From contig CM075990.1 of the NCBI GenBank assembly GCA_038087875.1, forward strand, positions 9,984,001 to 10,048,000: a stretch of DNA of 64,000 nucleotides, given 5' to 3'. The notes below the pieces were generated by a model, which made no database searches, was not told the origin of the DNA, and saw only the letters and a program-made list of their open reading frames with translations. Every line of letters starts with the position of its first letter. The first letter of the stretch is position 1. Positions 55,659 to 64,000 of the stretch are shown here, piece by piece. Source of the stretch: Malacoraja senta (Eukaryota). The translations under genes and the position numbers were made by a program.

Positions 55659-56478
55659 AGTCAAGTCAAGTCACATTTATTTATATAGCACATAAAAAAC
55701 AACTCTCGTTGGCCAAAGTGCTTTACATTTGTTATAAGAATAGCACAAACAAAACAAACTACATATATATATATATACATGTAGCTCTCACTCAGAGGAC
55801 GTCAGGAAAGGCTTGGGAGTATAGATAAGTCTTTAGTCTTGACTTAAAAGAGTCGATGGAGGGGGCAGTTCTGATGGGAAAGGGGATGCTGTTCCACAGT
55901 CTAGGGGCTGCAACCGCAAAGGTGTGGTCGCCCCTGAGCTTATGCCTAGACCGTGGGATATTCAGCAACCCCAAGTCGGACGATCTGAGGGGCCTGGAGG
56001 TGGAGTGGTGGGTGAGAAGACTTTTTATGTAGGTGGGGGCAAGCCCATTGAGGGGTTTGTAGACATGGAGGAGGATCTTGAAGTTTATACGGAACCGCAC
56101 AGGGAGCCAGTGGAGAGAGGCCAGGATCGGGGTGATGTGGTCCCTTTTTCGGGTGCCCGTCAGGAGTCTCGCTGCGGCGTTTTGGACCAGTTGCAGGCGG
56201 GACAGGGAAGATTGGCTGATGCCAGTGTAAAGGGAGTTGCAGTAATCTAGGCGGGAGGAGATGAATGTGTGGATGATCTTTTCGAGGTCATCAAACTGGA
56301 GGAATTGTTTTATTTTAGCTATCGTCCGAAGCTGAAAGAAGCTAGCTTTCACCACGGCATTGACTTGTTTGTCAAATTTCAGTGCTGAGTCAAATATCAC
56401 GCCAAGGTTTTTGACGTGAGGTTTAAGTAGTGGGGTAAGGCTTCCAAGGCTGCCTGCTATCATTTTGATTGAGTCCGA
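55659..56478 (-). mobile_element. L2 LINE 3' fragment inserted in a SINE
   Basis: ORF 55792-56463 contains NLGVIFD..SRLDYCNSL..LQLVQNAAARLL..HITPILASLHWLPV; (TCAAG)n tail. Confidence 0.92.
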
Positions 56479-56574
56479 GGCAACAACTCTACAGTTGCGC
56501 CACTGTGTTGTCCTGATGTGTTACCTGAATCTGTTGTACACCAGCTATCCTGTCCTCCATGACTTCTCTTGACT

Positions 56575-57252
56575 CTTCTGACTGAGTGACAGTGGTTGTG
56601 CGAGATGTGCAGTGGCAGAGAGTGGAAATCAATGCAGGCGGTTTCCATTCACCCTCTGAAATACGAAGCTAATCGCATTTGTAGATTGTTCCCGCAGCCT
56701 GGGCAGGAGAATAAGCTCCTGCTGCAGAAAAGGTATCTTGCCCACATCGCGACACACTGGATTTGTGTGCTCACAAAATGGAACGGTGCACAATAAAGCT
56801 CGTGTACAACTCCGACCCTTATCTGCAGCCTGTTCAAGTCACTCTACATTTTCGGCATGGCTGCCCTGGAGAAGGCCCAGACTTAACCCCCTGTGACAGA
56901 GAGGGGAGGCCACACTGAATAGTAATTCACAAGTCTATACATCTTCGACAAACTGGAGCACATGTGTGTCGAGGAGCCGTCTCCAGCTGCTCTGCATAGT
57001 TACAGGCCCACTCTAAGGAGTTTCATGCCTTGCCAAGAAACCATTTCTTTCTAACGAGATCTAATTTGCACTGAATAGAGGCACCAATATAGATGACATT
57101 TTCATTGCAATCTAACAAGTGAAGAAATTCAATTATAGCCTGAAAGCTTCTTTCTAATGGGGTTCCCCCTCTGGTTTGTATCCAAATTAGTTTGCATATA
57201 AAAGCCACCCAGTCCATCCATCAAGGTACACAGAAAGCAAAGGAAATATTTT
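56575..57252 (-). repeat. Long inverted repeat, arm B (678 bp)
   Basis: Reverse complement of 34486-35166. Confidence 0.97.
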
Positions 57253-60200
57253 CTTTATCTTTTTATACAACAAACGGGTTTGAATAATGTGACGAGATTT
57301 CCCGCACTGAACAACGCAATGCCCCTTCAGCTGTATATCTAAGGTCTTCAGTCAGTGAGGTTGAGAGCAACAGTCTTTTATACAGTGTTACAGTCAGCTC
57401 ATGTCACTTCATGATGCAGCTTAATGAGAAAGTGACATTATGGAGGAAATGTTTGTTTTCACGTTTCACTCTGGAAAACATGATCCTCAATTACATTACA
57501 AATAAAAGTATAATACACTTGCACTTCTCGACATTTAAAACAGCTGTGGGTTAAGCACACAGCCTTGAGCTGCACTGGTGTTGATGGTCAGTGAGGAGGC
57601 ATTGACCAAAGGAAAGGCTGAAGTCTCCCTCTTGTGTCTGAAGGGGGTAGTGTTGTTGATTATTGCTGATGATGTCTGAACAAGGGTCTCGACCCGAAAC
57701 GTTAACCATTCTTTCTCTCCATAGAGCCGCCTGTCCTGCTGAGTTAATCCAGCATTTTATGTCTATTACTGATGAATGTTTGGAAGGCATTCTGTGGTTT
57801 TGATGTGGAGTCCAACCCATTTCAGATGGAAGGGTGTGTGTCCGTGTTGGTTCACACTCGGAGTGATGTGCCCTTGACCAGCTGATGTGTTACATAAATG
57901 GCACAGAAATATTGAAGACAACCCAAAAGAGTTCAGAAGGATAACTTCCGATCTAAGAGGTTGTAATTGACAGGAAGCTTGGGCTGACAAGGGGGTTCTT
58001 TCCCTACAAGAGAAATCGAGAGGTGACTGTTCAAGAATATAAGATTATGAAAGGATAATGGTGTATATGGAGGAAGGATGTAAGGGATGAGATTACGGGA
58101 CATAAACATACCAATGTACATAGACATGCCAATGGTAGTTGCCAATAAATCTGAGGAATCATAGAAATCAAAAATACTTTACCACAGGGTGTCCATGGAG
58201 CAAAAGAACCAGCAGGAGAATGCCATTTGGCCCATCCCTGCTCTATCATTCAGTTAGATTGTGGCTCTCCTTTTACTTAATACCATTTTCCAGCACCAGC
58301 GCATATCCATGAATTCCCTTTATATCTAATGATCAACTGATTTTGGTCTTGAATATCCTCGGGCTGAGCTTGAGCTGCCCTCCAGTAGAGAGGTCCTCAG
58401 GTCCACATTCCTCTGAGTAAAGAACTTTATTTCATCTTCGTCCTCAATGGTTGATCCTCGTATTGTGAGGTTCAATTCCACATCCAACCTGTCAAACCTC
58501 TGAAGAATTCTGTAGATTTCAATGCGATGACTTCTCATTTTTCTGAACTTCAGAGAGTACAGGGAATATTAAGCTGAGTAAAAGATCAGCTTAATCTCTG
58601 CTCATTCAATGGTGCATTTGGGACCAATTAGCAGAGATGCATTGAAGGGGAAGCTGAAAGGAATGGAAAGATCTATTGATCCCGAGCGTGTTGAAAAGAT
58701 GTGGAACGAGGCTTGTGCAGAGTGACATACACGAGCAAGGATCTGTTGGGCTGAATGGCCTGTCTTCATACTGTACAGTTGATATAATGGATGATTTCAA
58801 CAGATGAAAGCTTTACCCATTTCTTGGCAGGGAGCCAATCTGCTCTCCGGGAAGGTTGAACATTACTCCCAGGATCTGGGGTAAATTTAAATGTAAATGA
58901 GCAGATGTTTAATATAATATAGTAAAAGGAGTCCGACTCCACACAGGAGAGACGAAACACAGGCATAAAGATATTTTGGTGGCTATTATTCCTCTCAGAT
59001 TGCATTACAGTTACGAACAGGGATGTCGGTTTCTCATGTATATTAAGGGTTAGCACTATTAGGTATCTTTAAGGTGGGCAGTTGTAGATATATGCTCATC
59101 AGCTGAGGAACATCCTGTTTAATGCGCAATAGTTTAGTTCTTTACCTTATATTTATTTGCTCCAGGAGTCAGATTCTCTTTTGTTTACTTTCAATGTAAA
59201 ATATTGCTTAGCTCTTCTCCCTTTCCCTGTTGTACTGTGAGAGGGTGGAGCCAAACCCTGACACCAAAATCCTTGGCCCCTCATATCAATGGGATAATTC
59301 ACTTCATTATCCCACCTTGTTTCACTTATCTTCGTGATCTATCTTCTCATTTCCATCGCTCAACCATACCTCGCCTCCCTTCCCCCTTCCACATCCCACC
59401 TCACCCTAACCCCCGCCCCCCCCCCAGCTCCCTCTCCACACCTCTCCTCATCTTTCTCTCTTTCTCAGCCATTTAGTACTATGTCCCAATATCCCTCTCT
59501 CCTTCCTCCTGTAACTTTCACTTAGGGTGGTTGATGGTTGACAAAGATTCAGTGGGCTGAAGGGCCTATTTTCATGCTGCATCTCTCTCTATGACTATGA
59601 CTTTCTCATCTCCATACTTTCACCAGTCCCTCAGTCCACTCAGCCCCATCCCACCAGCCTGACCTGGACTTTGATGTACTCCTGCTCTCCCCATTCTGTT
59701 CCTGTTCTTTTAGCCATGTTCTCTACCAGCTCCTTTTTCAACATTCTCCCTCTCTCCCTCCAGTATTGCCCAACAATTGGTGTTGGGACCTGTTTTCTGC
59801 CCACACATATATCAACGGTACCATGAGTGATGGGCCTATGTTTCCATCGGCAGTTGGCTTTGGTCAAGCTGCTGTTTGAAGTTGTATTGCAGCCCATCTC
59901 TCTTTCCAACACAAATACTTTTATTAAGTGTGCATTCTGAAGGTCAGAAAGAGTCTGGCAACTTTCCTGAAGCATCCCACGCCGGCATTTTTGGAGCAAT
60001 CAGAATTCCGAACCAGTCCACATTGGAAAAACGTTGTTGTGCAGCTGAGATGTTTACAGTTTAATCAGTTTTAGTAGCAGTTTAATCAGTTTTAATAGCA
60101 GCTGCAGCACAGATTCAGGTCATTCGGCCCAGGTGTCCCCTGTTTATGTAAGCCGACTCAGCCTCATCCCACGCCACCAGCAGATCCAATGACACAGTCT

Positions 60201-63118
60201 TAGTTCTAGCGTATTTGACCAGTCCAAGTATCCATTACTTCATGTAATCAAAGTGTTGATAAGATCATGAATTATTTTAATCTTTCATTGTTGACAATTC
60301 CCGGGCAGATCCTCAGCATCAAACCACATCTCCTGAATTGGATGATATTGTTACAGTTCATGTCCCTCTAAGATGAAGTTAACACTAAACTTGCAAGTCC
60401 AAGGGTGAATATCTTGCTCCAAGTCTCACTCACCTCCCACTAACATTGATTTACTTTAGAGATACAAGACGGAAACAGGCCCTTCAGCCAACTGAGTACA
60501 CACCAACCAATAGATCAAACTTGTTCTCTGATATCATACTTTTTCATCTATTCCCTACACCTTAGGGACAATTTATAGAGACCAATGAACCAACAAACAC
60601 ACATATGTCTGGCAGAAAACCAGAGCACTTAGAGGAAACCCATGTGGTCACAAGGTGAACGTGCAAATTCCACACAGACAGCACCCAAGGTCAGAATCGA
60701 ACCTGGGTCTCTAGTGCTGTGAGACAGCAGCTCTACCAGTAACGCCACCCTGGCCATCCTCTTTTAATATTGATTCCTGGTCCAATCCCTCTACCAGTTT
60801 AATCAAGTCATGGAGTCAAACAGGCCCCTCACCCACTGATCTGCGTTGGCCATCAAACACCCATTTACACTGCTTAATGGGATTCATTAAGTTAATCTAC
60901 CAAATGGCTGTGGGGTCCGCTGTCACGTAGCGCTGGGAGGCTGAGAGCTGTGTGATGACCTCTCAAATAGTCCATTGATGGAATGTTTAAGGATGAAATA
61001 TTAGTGACATCTTGCAAATATCATAAATGAATGTTGTGATATGCTTGGTACAGTGAATTAAAATGCCCTAGTTGTAGGTATATATTTATAAATCATGTAC
61101 GTATATATTGGGAACAAAAACATTCTGCTGGTTTCGACACTGGTCTCCAGCAGATGGAGCTTACAGCTCAGACAAGCAAGTGGTTTAGCTTTTAGTTAAG
61201 TGATTGTGAGTCTGGTCAATTTGTTTCTTTCATGAGAACAATCACTGATCACAAGGAGATGGTCTATGATAATGTGAATATCCTTCTCCTTTTAATGTTC
61301 AACAGAGAAGTAGCCTGATTGAAGTGAGAATTGACACGGGTATTCAAGCAGGATGCAATCACAGTTCCTGAGCCTAATTATATGGGATGTAATCACTTAT
61401 ACTTGCGATCTGGGAAGAGTCTTGAAAGGAGATCAACAGAAGTTGTACGGGAATAAATTAAGCAGCAGTTTAGTTGTATTTCTTACCATATTCATAGCTC
61501 ACTACATGGTCTTTCACAACATTTTGGAGGTCAAACATGGATTAGGTGATCACCCTATGCAATTTCTACAAAAGTGATAGAAAGCTTTTGGTCAGCTTAG
61601 ATTTTATTCTCTATCTCACCCTCCCTCTGACTGTCCTGGGCTTCCTCGTACTTTTCATTTATTTCAGGTAATGAACATGTACAGCATTTCCAGAATATTT
61701 TTATTCTAGATATGCAGCAGTATGTTCATTTTGTAATGTCAGGGAACTCAAAAATGTGCAGGTTAGTAGGTTAATTGACTACTGTAAACCGTCCCTATTA
61801 TAGTGAGTGATAAAATCTTGTGGGAGATGATGAGAATATGGGAAGAGTTGTATAGTTATGGGTTGGATCAGCACAAAATGGGTGATTGATGGTCAGTCTG
61901 AATTCAGTGGATCAAAGGGCCTATTTCTTTGCAGTACCTAATCTACCCCCAGGTTCTACGACAAGTTGTACAGATGAAAAGTGCACTAATGGCTCGCATT
62001 AAAAAAAAATCTTTATGTCTCCCAAAAAATTATTTATTACTGACAGGAATAAGATACCACAGGTTACATATGAGAAGGCTCGATTTTCAGAGAAATTATT
62101 GTGCCTTTACTATCAAGCCTGCACTTTTGGAGAAATTGGAGCAGAAATATACCATTCAGCTCTTTAAGCCTTTCCACCATTCAGTGGTATAATGGATAAA
62201 ACATTCATCAAGTTCCCTTAATCCTTGATTCCCTTGTTGAATAGAACTCTCAGCCTTAATATAAGGACTCCAGGGTGATGTAGAAACAATATGATTGTTG
62301 GTTTACAATAGAAGACAGATAGTGGTGATGTAACTCAGCAGGTCAGGCAGCATCTCTGGAGAACGTGGATAGGTGATGTTTCGGGTCAGGACTCTTCTTC
62401 AAACTTGTGTTTCAGGTTGAAATCCTTCTTCAGGCAGAGAGCTTGAGTCTGAAGAAGAGTCCCGACTCAAAACATCGCCTATCCATGTTCTCCTGAGACA
62501 CTGTCTGAGCCACTGGATTACTCCTGCACTTTGTGACTTCAGGGCGACGTATAATTTATGCAAAGATTGCAATCATTCAGGAATAACCCTCAGTGCCTGA
62601 AATTGCACAAATCTCAAGTGCGGGAGACTAGAGTTAGTGTTTCATGTTCTCTGATTTCTGACCTGTGCAGTTCCAGGGAATAATGAACTGTTGCACAGTA
62701 ATTCCACGCCCTCTTTTTTAGATGATGTCATGTAATGAGTTTGATTGAAAGACTTGAGTGATAATTCTGTTACCATGGCTTCAGCACAAAGTGCCTCCTG
62801 CCACTTACACTATCACTAAAATGTTGCGATAGCAACAGGTTTGCAATTTCTAAATGGACTAAATTTTTGGTCCAAATACAAAATAATCCAGCAGTATCAT
62901 CGCTTCTACTTCCATAATTATCAAAGTCAGCACTGCATCAAACTGTAATTAAAGATTATTTTTTCTGTTTTGTCTATCTTGCTCTGTGACTCCTTTTTTT
63001 CTCTGTGGCATATGTAATACTTGTCATAAATAATATTCAAACTCGTCAGAATCATCTTCAATGTTGCCTTCTTTGTTATCATCAGGAGAAGAAGTATGGA
63101 GCAAGTCAAATATGATAT

Positions 63119-63617
63119 TGTAGCGACACCTGCTGGTGCCTGTGGGTAGTCGAACCCTGCGGTCGGGCTACCGCGGTCATGTAAGTGTGGGGAGGGGTTT
63201 TGTTTTCGCGCGTTTTCTGGGCTAGGCCCATTCATTACTTCAACCACCGTTGTGGTAGGATCGTTTTGTGTTAGCTGTCGTTTGATCTGCGTTGTTTTCA
63301 CTGCTTTGTCAATAAAGCTCGTTTGGGAAAACAACTACCGTCTCGACTCGCTAAATTGGTGACCCCGACGCGCCCAATTTGAAATTGAACGCCGGGATGC
63401 AGGACGAGTTAGCTCCCGTTGCCGTTCCCGACGCCCATCAGAGCGCCGTCAGCCTCAAGCTGCCGGTGTTTTGGCCTGAGCAGCCACAAGTGTGGTTTGC
63501 ACATGTGGAAGCGCAGTTCCACCTGCGCCGCATCGTTGCGGACGAGACGGAATATTTTCATGTGGTGGGAGCCCTGACGCAGGAGTCAGCCTCCCGTCTG
63601 CTTCTCGACTCGCTAAA
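63119..63617 (+). mobile_element. Internally deleted Gypsy LTR retrotransposon (5' LTR 63119-63355, PBS-Trp 63357-63370, gag start, 15-bp 3' LTR remnant)
   Basis: LTR termini TGTAGCGA..TCGCTAAA with an internal AATAAA. PBS TGGTGACCCCGACG is complementary to the tRNA-Trp 3' end. Gag-like AVSLKLPVFWPEQPQVWFAHVEAQF follows. TCTCGACTCGCTAAA repeats at 63603-63617. ATAT TSD at 63115-63118 and 63618-63621. Confidence 0.88.
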
Positions 63618-63653
63618 ATATGAATAAAAAGGCAAGCCAAGAAGTCCCGGCAA

Positions 63654-63955
63654 GCCACGGTGGCAAACGTCTCCCAGGAGGCCATAGAGAAGCCAGGCGG
63701 TGGAGCCTCGCTGGTCGGTGGAGCCTCGCTGGTCGGTGGAGCCTCGCTGGTCAGTGGAGCCTCGCTGGTCGGTGGAGCCTTGCTGGTCGGTGGAGCCTCG
63801 CTGGTCGGTGGAGCCTCGCTGGTCGGGCGCCGGCGGTTGAGGATGGCCACGTGGGAGCCGGTGGATGCGCCTATGGGAACAAAGGAGGACCAAGCGGGAG
63901 GGTGGATCCACCATAAGGGTGTTGGGGGTGGGGGATTGAGGGAACAAAGGAGGTA
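63654..63955. mobile_element. GC-rich insertion with 7-bp TSD
   Basis: CCGGCAA at 63647-63653 and 63956-63962. Confidence 0.6.
63699..63824 (+). repeat. 18-bp minisatellite x7 (GGTGGAGCCTCGCTGGTC)
   Basis: Seven units, two carrying single substitutions. Confidence 0.95.
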
Positions 63956-64000
63956 CCGGCAATGGGCAAAGGCCAAGACAAGACTCTATAATTTTAGAAA

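Noticed and set aside
34486..57252. Arms as TIRs of a giant DNA transposon (Polinton/Maverick or similar)
   Set aside because: No TSD outside the arms, no transposon-like termini, and no transposase, integrase or polB inside. The interior holds a conserved host gene.
63455..63976. PTSEAP-repeat mucin-like ORF / CRISPR-like array
   Set aside because: Spacerless 18-bp minisatellite inside a TSD-flanked insertion in eukaryotic DNA.

Overview
Repeat-rich eukaryotic genomic DNA. The repeat landscape (Penelope, CR1, Rex1/L2, Deu-domain SINEs, tRNA-derived SINEs) points to a cartilaginous fish, probably a skate or ray (inference). The one confidently recognised host gene is FAM241B (C10orf35-like, about 114 aa). 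It lies on the minus strand, with coding exons at 53563-53661 and 50690-50935, a CpG-island promoter at about 53.4-54.3 kb and AATAAA signals near 49.85 kb. The most striking structure is a pair of about 680-bp, about 97.5%-identical inverted repeats of non-TE-looking, non-coding DNA (34486-35166 and 56575-57252). They bracket a 21.4-kb segment holding the whole FAM241B unit plus several enhancer-like blocks, an architecture that would allow recurrent (flip-flop) inversion and gene-conversion homogenisation. The rest is nested transposon debris with resolvable target-site duplications (TSDs): Harbinger and hAT MITEs, a Helitron-like element carrying an L1, and an internally deleted tRNA-Trp-primed Gypsy element. 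TE-free candidate conserved non-coding blocks are also present. Most ORFs in the supplied track are TE-derived or spurious.
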